Under the pieces are notes generated by a model that saw nothing but the letters and a program-made list of their open reading frames with translations, was not told the DNA's origin and did not search any database. The translations under genes were made by a program, and so were the position numbers. A stretch of 64,000 nucleotides of DNA, from NCBI GenBank assembly GCA_963663385.2, contig CAXXXD010000003.1:1472001-1536000 (forward strand). The letters are read 5' to 3'. Origin of the DNA: Oceanispirochaeta sp. Its GTDB lineage: Bacteria > Spirochaetota > Spirochaetia > DSM-2461. Positions within the stretch are counted from its first letter, which is position 1; each line of letters opens with the position of its first letter. Below are positions 40,193 through 48,349 of this stretch, piece by piece.

Positions 40193-40461
40193 ATGGAGAG
40201 CATCCTTTCGAATGGGGAGTTTTCTTTTTTCAGCTCCTTCGATCCCCTTGTAATTTTACATAAACTCAAACCCAGTTTATCTGCGATCTTACGCTGGGAC
40301 ATGCCCTCTTTTATCAGTTTTACCAGAGCCCATCTGGTTGCCAGTTCGTGTGTTTCATTAGGGGTCAGCAAACCATTACAAAGGAAGTCGTAAATCAATT
40401 CACTATCGTTACATTCAGCCAGAGCCTGTGAAAGCTCTTTAATAGAATTCCTGTCATCCAT
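40171..40461 (-). CDS. TrpR/YerC/YecD-family repressor
   Basis: LLTPNE…RW…SQRKIA..LGLSLCKITRGSKELK. Confidence 0.88.
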   Translation of the reverse strand: MDDRNSIKELSQALAECNDSELIYDFLCNGLLTPNETHELATRWALVKLIKEGMSQRKIADKLGLSLCKITRGSKELKKENSPFERMLSIYEERES

Positions 40462-41851
40462 CACTTGACTCCTGTTGAATATTCTTCAGGAACTCCTGTT
40501 CCATGCCAAAATCGTGTATTTTCCTGTGCAGGGTTTTACGGCCTATCCCCAGAATCTCGGCAGCCCTGCTCTTATTCCCGTTAACATAATTCAAGGTGGA
40601 ACGTATTATCGCTTTTTCTGCTTCAGCCATATTTGAACCCATTTTGATTTTAATATATCCTTCTTCCGATCCTTCAATAACAGAAGGCGGAAGGTCATCA
40701 CTCATAATAAAATGTCCCCGGCAGAGAACTACAGCACTTTCCATACAGTTTCTCAGTTCCCTGACATTTCCCGGCCACGAGTAATTATAGAGAGCCATAG
40801 CGGCTTTGTTATCAATACCTTCAATACTTTTCCCGTTCTCTTCATTAAACTCTTTCAGAAAGGCGCTGGCCATCAGAGGTATATCCTCTTTCCTTTCCCG
40901 CAGAGGGGGGATATGGATATTAACGACATTGAGACGGTAGTAGAGATCCTCCCGGAAATTCCCTTCCTGTATCTCTTTTTTCAAATCCCGGTTAGTGGCT
41001 GCGATCACCCGGGTATCTATTTTCACGGTTTCCGTTCCTCCGACTCTTTCAAACTCCCTCTCCTGCAGAACTCTGAGAATTTTAATCTGTACGGACTGGT
41101 TGATTTCCCCGATTTCATCCAGAAAAATGGTTCCCTTATCGGAAAGTTCAAAACGGCCTTTTTTTTGTCCCACCGCCCCGGTAAAAGCGCCTTTTTCATG
41201 ACCGAACAGTTCACTCTCAAGAAGCGATTCGGAAAGAGCGGCACAGTGAACCTTAACCAGTGAGTGGTCCTTTCTGTTTGACTGTCGATGAATCGCATCA
41301 GCCACCAGTTCCTTTCCGACACCGCTGTCCCCTGTAATCAGAACAGATGCTTTTGTCGATGCAACCTGATCGATCAGTTCGAAGACTTTCTGCATCTGGC
41401 TGCTTTTACCTATAAAACTGGATGTCTCTTTTTTATTTTCAAGACGGGCTACTTCCTCCTGCAGTTCCCGGTGTTTCAGCACCAGTTCCCTGGAAGAGAG
41501 AGCCCTTTTTACAAGCAGAGAGAGACGGTCAAGGTTCAGGGGTTTGGTCAGGAAATCATACGCACCGTCCCTCATGGCGTTTACGGCATTTTCCACAGTA
41601 CCATGCCCGGTCAGGATTATAACGGGCACCGTCGGATAGGCGGATGAGATCTTTTTAAGCAGCTCTTCTCCGGAAACCTTCGGCATCCTCAGGTCTGTCA
41701 GAACAAGATCGATATCGGTCTTTACCATTATTTTCATGGCTTCATTGCCGTCTTCGGCCAATGAAACGTTATAACCGTCCATCTCCAGAGCCTTCCCCAG
41801 CCCCATACGGATATTTTTTTCATCATCTACGACAAGGATATTGAATTTCAT
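40454..41851 (-). CDS. sigma54-dependent response regulator (NtrC/Rrp2-like)
   Basis: REC + GDSGVGKE + GAFTGA + Fis HTH; ATG 41851 overlaps the kinase stop. Confidence 0.95.
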   Translation of the reverse strand: MKFNILVVDDEKNIRMGLGKALEMDGYNVSLAEDGNEAMKIMVKTDIDLVLTDLRMPKVSGEELLKKISSAYPTVPVIILTGHGTVENAVNAMRDGAYDFLTKPLNLDRLSLLVKRALSSRELVLKHRELQEEVARLENKKETSSFIGKSSQMQKVFELIDQVASTKASVLITGDSGVGKELVADAIHRQSNRKDHSLVKVHCAALSESLLESELFGHEKGAFTGAVGQKKGRFELSDKGTIFLDEIGEINQSVQIKILRVLQEREFERVGGTETVKIDTRVIAATNRDLKKEIQEGNFREDLYYRLNVVNIHIPPLRERKEDIPLMASAFLKEFNEENGKSIEGIDNKAAMALYNYSWPGNVRELRNCMESAVVLCRGHFIMSDDLPPSVIEGSEEGYIKIKMGSNMAEAEKAIIRSTLNYVNGNKSRAAEILGIGRKTLHRKIHDFGMEQEFLKNIQQESSDG

Positions 41852-43026
41852 GATTCCGCACCTTCCCATCCTAAAAGTTTTTTATCAGTCTGGGGAACAG
41901 GAAGCAGAATCGTAAAGGTTGTTCCCAGATTCTCCTTGGAATGGACATGAATCTCTCCCCCATGTTCTTTTATAACCTTATAAACCAGGGTAAGCCCCAG
42001 TCCAGAACCGTTATCCTTTGTGGTAAAATAAGGTTCGAAGATCTTTTGAATCTGCTCTTTGGATATCCCGCTCCCTGTATCGCTGATTTTGAGGATCACA
42101 TGATCCTCCCTATACAGAGTGGAAATACTCAACTGGCCACCCCTGGACATGGCAGCCAGAGCGTTCTTGACAATATTCAGAAGGGCCTGTTTCATCAGTT
42201 TTTCATCAATACGGATATCCGGCAGTTTTTCATCCAGATCCTCATCCAGTTCAACATCCGCTTCCATAAGTTCGTACTGCATAAAAGTTACAAGCTCACG
42301 AATAATGTCATTAAGACTGCCCATGAGAGGATGTGTATCCATCGGCCTGACCGCAAAAAGGTAGTCGACAACAATGGCATTCAACCTCTCCACCTCTTCG
42401 CTGATAATACCGAGATACTCCTCCATCTCTTCCCGGCAGCCTCCCCCTTCGGATTTAAGGATCTTCTGCATCAGCTGAAGATGAATACTCATACTGCCGA
42501 GAGGATTCTTTATTTCGTGGGCCACTCCGGCAGCCATTGTAGTCAGGGAAGCCAGACTCTCGGCCCGGCGTAATCGGGCTTCCTCCGCCCGTTTGCTGGT
42601 GACATCTTCCACATAGACAAAGTCCCCCTGAATCTTCCCCTCTTTCACAACAGGCATAACCCCGATGGACAGGGTCACATCGCGCGAGGGGGTTTCCAGC
42701 GTAAAATCTCTTGGACGAATATTACCAAGGTCGGTAAGGGAGTCTTTTATAAAAGCCCCGATATCCCTGTCCAGAATGATATCCCAGGGCAGGCGGTTAA
42801 AATAGTCCACCTGCCTCATGGGGAGCATCCGTCTTACTGGAATATTCATGAACTGGATATTGTGATCCGGTTTAGCCACTATCACCCCGTAGGGAAGCGA
42901 TGAGAGGACCGTTTCAAGCAGTTCAATATCTTCTACCTCTTCGACAAGAACATCTATCAAATTTTTAATCTGATGCTCATCCATATTAGGCAGGGATTCT
43001 ATAGCTTTTTTAACAAAGTGCCTCAT
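41848..43026 (-). CDS. PAS histidine kinase (NtrB/Hk2-like)
   Basis: AHEIKNPL, NIVKNA, DTGSG, GSGLGL; no TM seen. Confidence 0.93.
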   Translation of the reverse strand: MRHFVKKAIESLPNMDEHQIKNLIDVLVEEVEDIELLETVLSSLPYGVIVAKPDHNIQFMNIPVRRMLPMRQVDYFNRLPWDIILDRDIGAFIKDSLTDLGNIRPRDFTLETPSRDVTLSIGVMPVVKEGKIQGDFVYVEDVTSKRAEEARLRRAESLASLTTMAAGVAHEIKNPLGSMSIHLQLMQKILKSEGGGCREEMEEYLGIISEEVERLNAIVVDYLFAVRPMDTHPLMGSLNDIIRELVTFMQYELMEADVELDEDLDEKLPDIRIDEKLMKQALLNIVKNALAAMSRGGQLSISTLYREDHVILKISDTGSGISKEQIQKIFEPYFTTKDNGSGLGLTLVYKVIKEHGGEIHVHSKENLGTTFTILLPVPQTDKKLLGWEGAES

Positions 43027-44218
43027 ATATATCTCTTGCTTTATAAAATAAGCATTCCAGAAGAAAAAGTGAATTCTGATTATAAACTTCCGAATTTATG
43101 GAACACTTATTGATTTCGTTCATTATTTTCTTAACGACTGACTGTCCTGCCACACTTCCAAGCAGCTCCGGATCCTCCCGGAATCGCATATGGACCTCTT
43201 CCGAAAGGAGCCTGAGAAAACTGTTCAGAACAACCTTGCCTTTATTATTATCAATAAACTGGAAAAGGTCGTCCAGATCTGTAATGGATCCTCTGGTGGA
43301 AACCGCATCGGCAAAAGTCCTGACGTGTTCCCTCATAAATCCATAATCGATATCACTCCATCTTTGAAAGAAAGCAGTCAGCCCCAGGTTTTCCTCTTCT
43401 GTTCTGAAGAGCTTCTGGAGGATTTCCGCTGAAACCGATGGGTTTCTGGGTATAAAATCGAATGTCCTGACCCGGGAAAGGATGGTTGGAATAATTGCTC
43501 CCCTCCGTTCCGTAAGAAGGATGAAAGTAACATGGGGAGGCGGTTCTTCCAGTATCTTCAATAGAGAGTTGCTGGCACTTTCCAATAGAGTTTCAACCTG
43601 TTCCAGGATTACAATCTTGGCAGAACCGGTACTGGTCAGATGCGCCCACTTGCTGATATTCCGCACCTGGTCCACAGGAACGGTTGCCGGTACTGCGGGA
43701 ACAAGGTTACGGGCCAGGGATATGGTTTCATCCAGAAATTTCTGTAATTCCTTGTCCTCCGGCAGCTCCTTTCCAGGATCAAGAAGCTCTATATTTTCTG
43801 TGATCTGGGCAAGGGTATTACTGTATTTTGAAAGCTTTTTCTCCATTCCCTCCCAGATAATAGGTTCAAACCGTTTAAGAAGTTTCCTGATATTCCTAAT
43901 AAACATATACTGGGCAAAAACAGCCCGGGATCTGACCAGAAGATCAGCGGAAGCCTTTATTTCAGAAATAAAATAACGGTTTCCAAGCATAAGAATATCG
44001 GGATTGACAATAAGACGATGATCCCGACAGGCTCTGCAATCGCAATCCCAGCCTCCGTTTTTTTCGCAGGTAATATTCCTGGCCAGTTCAAGAGCTGTTG
44101 TCAGTTTTCCGGAATGAGCCTCTCCCGAGAATAAAAGAGCTTTAGGAAGAGCTTTCTTCTGCAGTTCTGAGCTTAACTGGTCTCTGATTCCATCCTGGCC
44201 TATTAGATTTTCAAACAA
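43010..44218 (-). CDS. holB: DNA polymerase III delta-prime-like subunit
   Basis: LLFSG…GK, C…CDCRAC, NSLLKILEEPP, TILSR. Confidence 0.8.
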   Translation of the reverse strand: MFENLIGQDGIRDQLSSELQKKALPKALLFSGEAHSGKLTTALELARNITCEKNGGWDCDCRACRDHRLIVNPDILMLGNRYFISEIKASADLLVRSRAVFAQYMFIRNIRKLLKRFEPIIWEGMEKKLSKYSNTLAQITENIELLDPGKELPEDKELQKFLDETISLARNLVPAVPATVPVDQVRNISKWAHLTSTGSAKIVILEQVETLLESASNSLLKILEEPPPHVTFILLTERRGAIIPTILSRVRTFDFIPRNPSVSAEILQKLFRTEEENLGLTAFFQRWSDIDYGFMREHVRTFADAVSTRGSITDLDDLFQFIDNNKGKVVLNSFLRLLSEEVHMRFREDPELLGSVAGQSVVKKIMNEINKCSINSEVYNQNSLFLLECLFYKARDIYEALC

Positions 44219-44227
44219 AGGGCAACC

Positions 44228-44722
44228 TCAAATATTTAACTGTTCCATAACATTGCAGCTTGTGGCATCCAGCGCCGGAAGAAAACGCTCCATATAGGGT
44301 GCTATTTCGGATCCTCTCATTATTTTGCCGGTATCGAAAAAAGTCTGGAAATTCAAAAGATACACTATCAGAAAACAGAGGAGGATCCCTTCCAGGATAC
44401 CAAAGAAAAAACCAAGCAGTTTATCCACACTCTCAAAGGGTGTTTCATTTATTAAATAGACAATTCCTTTCTGCAGAAGCTTGAAAGCTATAAAGGCAGC
44501 GAGAAAGAGAACCGAAAAAGCAATTATAAACGCAGCATCCTCGAGGGATGAACGGGATTGAATCCATTCTGCACCGTCCTGATAAAATACAGCAGCCAGC
44601 AGGAGACTGATAAACAGTGCGGCAATAGAGATCAGTTCACCGATCATCCCGATGAAAGCCCCCCTGATCGATGCTATAAGTATTAGCGCAATAAAGATTA
44701 TATCAATAACAGCCCAACTCAT
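44228..44722 (-). CDS. cvpA: CvpA-family membrane protein
   Basis: IDII…RG…G…E; DKLLGFFFG. Confidence 0.88.
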   Translation of the reverse strand: MSWAVIDIIFIALILIASIRGAFIGMIGELISIAALFISLLLAAVFYQDGAEWIQSRSSLEDAAFIIAFSVLFLAAFIAFKLLQKGIVYLINETPFESVDKLLGFFFGILEGILLCFLIVYLLNFQTFFDTGKIMRGSEIAPYMERFLPALDATSCNVMEQLNI

Positions 44723-45807
44723 TTTGTCTCCTCATCCATAATGCTGGAAAGAATAATGTCCTCAGCCGGTTTCTTGACAAAACCGGCGGCAGCCTGCTTC
44801 ATTTTGCTCAATATATCCTGATTATCCAGGATTTTCCGGACGGATTGTACAAAGAGATCCTTGTCTACAGATTCCGGAAGAACCTCAGCCGCACCCTGCT
44901 CCCCGAATATGGCGGCATTTCGAATCTGATCCCCCCTTGATCCGGCGGCCAATGGAAGAAGCAGAGCCGGCGTACCCGCTGCTGCAAGCTCCCAGAGCGT
45001 TCCTGCACCGGATCTGGAAAAAGCAAGATCCGCCTTCCGGAAAAGGGCCGGCAATTCCTCGTTTATATAAGGCAGGGGCATATAGTTTTCAGAATCGGAG
45101 GGTGTGTAATTCTTTTCCCCCATCTGATGGATAACAAAAATATCCTCTCCCAGTTCGGCAAGGGATTCCCTCACCAGGCTGTTAAGCTGAACTGCCCCCA
45201 GACTGCCACCGATAACAGCAAGGACCTTTCTGCTTCCGATACGCTCCAGCCAGGAAGCAGGAAGCTTCAGGGATTCATCAGAAAATTCAGATCTGACAGG
45301 ATTTCCGGAAACAACAATCTTATGCTGAAGTTTAGCCGGATAGAACTTGAGACTCTTATGGTATGCTACAAAAATCTTGCGGGCAAAACGACTGTTTATT
45401 CTGGTGGCCAGCCCCGGATCGACATCTGAGTCATGCGTATATACGGGTATTCCCAGACACCAGGCCGCCAGAACAGGCGGGACGCTGACAAAGCCTCCCT
45501 TGGAAAATAAGAAAACCGGTTTCAGCCTTCCCAGTATAATCAGAGACTGGAAAAACCCTAATAAGATTCTGAAAATATCCGTAAAATTCCTGAATGAAAA
45601 ATAACGCCTCAGCTTTCCCGTACTGATACCTTTGTAGGAGAGATCCCACCGGTCCGCCAGATCCTTTTCTATACCCGCAGCAGAACCTATCCAGTAAATA
45701 GTACAAGCCTCAGCCTTGAGTTTCCGTATGAGAGGTAAAGCGGGATAGACATGACCGCCCGTGCCTCCTCCGGTCATGACGACTATTTTTCCGTGTATAT
45801 GATTCAA
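44719..45807 (-). CDS. murG: MurG glycosyltransferase
   Basis: TGGGTGGHVYP, SKGGFVS, GNPVR, GGSLGA, RSGA, DQ..NA. Confidence 0.96.
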   Translation of the reverse strand: MNHIHGKIVVMTGGGTGGHVYPALPLIRKLKAEACTIYWIGSAAGIEKDLADRWDLSYKGISTGKLRRYFSFRNFTDIFRILLGFFQSLIILGRLKPVFLFSKGGFVSVPPVLAAWCLGIPVYTHDSDVDPGLATRINSRFARKIFVAYHKSLKFYPAKLQHKIVVSGNPVRSEFSDESLKLPASWLERIGSRKVLAVIGGSLGAVQLNSLVRESLAELGEDIFVIHQMGEKNYTPSDSENYMPLPYINEELPALFRKADLAFSRSGAGTLWELAAAGTPALLLPLAAGSRGDQIRNAAIFGEQGAAEVLPESVDKDLFVQSVRKILDNQDILSKMKQAAAGFVKKPAEDIILSSIMDEETK

Positions 45808-45901
45808 GACAGGTAATCCCCCTGATGATAAGCCTTGGTTGAATGCCTAAACTCTACACCAGAATTCCAAAATAATCTATAAACTATTAAAAGCAATTTT
45901 C

Positions 45902-45929
45902 TTGCTTTTCTTCATGACTATGTTACAAT
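45902..45929 (+). promoter_or_regulatory. Candidate sigma70 promoter divergent from murG
   Basis: TTGCTT-16-TACAAT with extended TG. Confidence 0.5.
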
Positions 45930-45935
45930 TAATAG

Positions 45936-46121
45936 TGTAAGGAATTTCTATAGGAGGTTGATATGAAAGATACTCCACCTAGAAGAGGAAGCCGGTGAAC
46001 GCCGGCCCTGTGAATCTGAATAAACCTACGGTTCTCCCTTAAGAGAACTAAAATATAAAGTGAGATTGCATGCCCTAAGAAAGCATGAATCCGTAGTGCC
46101 GGCGACTGCCGGCTTTTTTTT
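45936..46121 (+). ncRNA. Candidate ~185-nt structured RNA containing an 11-codon ORF (45963-45998)
   Basis: Promoter, AGGAGG RBS, several hairpins, terminator; 5' end estimated; no family recognised. Confidence 0.35.
46098..46121 (+). terminator. Intrinsic terminator
   Basis: GCCGGC-GACT-GCCGGC-T8. Confidence 0.75.
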
Positions 46122-46165
46122 AATAACCAATCCTCTCGGCTCCGCTCGAAGATCTGTAAGTATGA

Positions 46166-46397
46166 TAAAAAAAAACAGGATCCTTGCGGATCCTGAATTA
46201 TTATGGGCGATGAGGGACTTCTGTCCGGAGATTATCATCCTGATAATCTCCAACCAGCCGGCTCCATCGTTAAAACAGCATCCATGCTGTTTTACGCTCC
46301 AGGCATTCGCGCCACTCTTCCGCTTCAAGTCCCTCATGAAGGTAAAAAAAAACAGGATCCTTGCGGATCCTGAATTATTATGGGCGATGAGGGACTT
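46166..46397 (-). repeat. tRNA-linked repeat: exact 55-bp direct repeat (17-nt tRNA 3' end + terminator), period 177 bp
   Basis: 46166-46220 is identical to 46343-46397. Confidence 0.88.
46344..46372 (-). terminator. Intrinsic terminator after the tRNA-Val trio (second copy at 46167-46195)
   Basis: CAGGATCC-GCAA-GGATCCTG-T9 on the minus strand. Confidence 0.85.
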
Positions 46398-46453
46398 GAA
46401 CCCCCGACATCCTGCTTGTAAGGCAGGCGCTCTCCCAACTGAGCTAATCGCCC
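46381..46453 (-). tRNA. tRNA-Val(TAC)
   Basis: GGGCGATTAGCTCAGTTGG…CCTGC-CTTACAA-GCAGG…GGTTCAAGTCC…ATCGCCCA. Confidence 0.95.
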
Positions 46454-46530
46454 TTTAAATAGGGTGGATTGTAATAATCCTGTTTTACGAAGCCCCTTTA
46501 CTTTTCTGTGAAAAAAAACAAAGGAACTTA

Positions 46531-46603
46531 TGGGCGATGAGGGACTTGAACCCCCGACATCCTGCTTGTAAGGCAGGCGCTCTCCCAACTGAGCTAATCG
46601 CCC
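46531..46603 (-). tRNA. tRNA-Val(TAC)
   Basis: Identical to 46381-46453. Confidence 0.95.
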
Positions 46604-46678
46604 TTTAAATAGGGTGGATTGTAATAATCCTGTTTTGCGAAGCCCCTTTACTTTTTTATGGAAAAACAAAGGAACTTA

Positions 46679-46751
46679 TGGGCGATGAGGGACTTGAACC
46701 CCCGACATCCTGCTTGTAAGGCAGGCGCTCTCCCAACTGAGCTAATCGCCC
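46679..46751 (-). tRNA. tRNA-Val(TAC)
   Basis: Identical copy; upstream TTGACC-17-TAAAGT. Confidence 0.95.
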
Positions 46752-46851
46752 TTTTGTTTAACAACGATGTGGACTTTATCATATGGTTCTTTACAGGTCA
46801 ATAGCTTTCCGTAAAAAAACTTTATGTCCCCTATTGCCCCGATCGGAAACC

Positions 46852-47895
46852 TTATTTGTCCTTGATCTCAATCATTCTGTTCTCGTCCAGATTCCAGTCA
46901 AAAATATAGTTTTTTCTGTCTGAAGCCGTAATAACAATAATATCACAAAGGTTTATCTGATCAGTCAGAAGAAACTCCAGCTCACTTTTGGGCGAGAGGA
47001 CTTTCCCGTCAAGGACTTTCAGCCTCTTTCCGGTTGCCTGATCAATCAGGAAGATCTCTTTTAATTCCTCCTCTGTTGTATTGATAAAATTCAAAGGAAT
47101 ATTTTCCCAGTCCCGATACATATCCGAATCGTAAAACACAAGAAAATCATTTTCAGAAGACCCGTCCAGTTCTTTTTCGTAAAGCCTGTTTTCAGGCCCC
47201 TTCAGCTGAAGCTTATAACTGATATCGGGTACCAGTACCAGTTCCAGGCTTATACTTTCCTGGGGATTGAGAACCTTGCCGCCCAGAAGATTCTCGGGAG
47301 GGATCACGTCTGTATCCCTGTATCCTGCAACAGCATTATCAATGGGTATGCAATAGACCCTGAAAATAGTGGAATTGGTATAGTTAAAGAGTTCCAGTTC
47401 TGTTTTGTACTGATTCTCCGGAGACTCTTCATCCATCTTTGCGTAATCCGAACGGTCAAAAAAATGGGCTCCGTACACAGCATCGGGATTATCCACATCA
47501 TCGTAAATCCCGGAGGCTTCATGATAGTGCTCCGGCAGAATATACACTATTGAGTTCTGTTCAATGGCAACATCCTCAATGATGTAGTTCTCGTTGGAAA
47601 TACCGAACAGATAGAAACTGCAGAAAATCAGATCCTCTGCTGAACTGATGTGAATGTTATGGCGGGCACCGGGTTCCAGACCTGTTATTCCAAAATTAAA
47701 ATAGTAGTTACTGTCCTCCTGATCCGTTTCAATCAGAATTTCCTGGAAGATGATTTCCCCTCTGTTCAATATTGCAAAGTCCAGAGCAGAAACTCTGATT
47801 CCAATAAGGACCAGGAACAGGAGGATAATTTTTTTTCTGGTTATAACGCGGGATGCCCTGTACATAAAATGTAGTATCCTGTGAATCTGATTCAT
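46852..47895 (-). CDS. Secreted hypothetical protein with three internal domain repeats (true start probably downstream)
   Basis: Signal-like RKKIILLFLVLIG; recurring N.T…I…GKVL.P motif. Confidence 0.65.
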   Translation of the reverse strand: MNQIHRILHFMYRASRVITRKKIILLFLVLIGIRVSALDFAILNRGEIIFQEILIETDQEDSNYYFNFGITGLEPGARHNIHISSAEDLIFCSFYLFGISNENYIIEDVAIEQNSIVYILPEHYHEASGIYDDVDNPDAVYGAHFFDRSDYAKMDEESPENQYKTELELFNYTNSTIFRVYCIPIDNAVAGYRDTDVIPPENLLGGKVLNPQESISLELVLVPDISYKLQLKGPENRLYEKELDGSSENDFLVFYDSDMYRDWENIPLNFINTTEEELKEIFLIDQATGKRLKVLDGKVLSPKSELEFLLTDQINLCDIIVITASDRKNYIFDWNLDENRMIEIKDK

Positions 47896-47933
47896 CCGGA
47901 CTGTTTCCAGCCCGGATTTTCTTTACCTTATGA

Positions 47934-48278
47934 TCAGCCCGGAGGCCAACTCATCTGACGATCTCCCAGGATGTGTGCATGAAGGTAATCTACAGTCTGC
48001 TGACCGTTTTTACCATAATTCAGAACAATCCTGTATCCATCATTATCCAATCCGAGGGAAGAGGCCACCCGGGAAACAGACTGAAAGAATACTCCCGTAT
48101 CGTTCAAATCATGATCCTGAAGCTCTTTGAAGTCCCGGATTTTCTTACGTGGAATAACAATGACATGTACGGGAGCCTGAGGATTGATATCCCTGAAGGC
48201 CATGACATTTTCATCTTCATAAACCACATCAGCCGGAGATTTTCCAGCCAGAATCTTGTCGAAAATAGTATCTTCCAT
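47934..48278 (-). CDS. HIT (Hint/PKCI-like) nucleotide hydrolase
   Basis: TIFDKI, AFRDINPQAPVH, GYRIV.N.G..G.Q.V.YLHAH, WPPG. Confidence 0.92.
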   Translation of the reverse strand: MEDTIFDKILAGKSPADVVYEDENVMAFRDINPQAPVHVIVIPRKKIRDFKELQDHDLNDTGVFFQSVSRVASSLGLDNDGYRIVLNYGKNGQQTVDYLHAHILGDRQMSWPPG

Positions 48279-48349
48279 ATTATTCTCCCAGATATCGCAT
48301 TTTTATATGATAAAAATAATACAATCAATTTGGCTTGCAGTCCAGCCTA

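Noticed and set aside
46204..46220. A fourth tRNA-Val(TAC)
   Set aside because: Only the last 17 nt are present; no D or anticodon arm
46026..46669. ORFs 46026-46337, 46060-46458 and 46334-46669
   Set aside because: They overlap tRNAs, terminators and repeats; their internal peptide repeats just mirror the DNA repeats
46166..46751. CRISPR-like regularly spaced repeats
   Set aside because: The repeats are tRNA genes with near-identical rather than unique spacers; no cas genes seen
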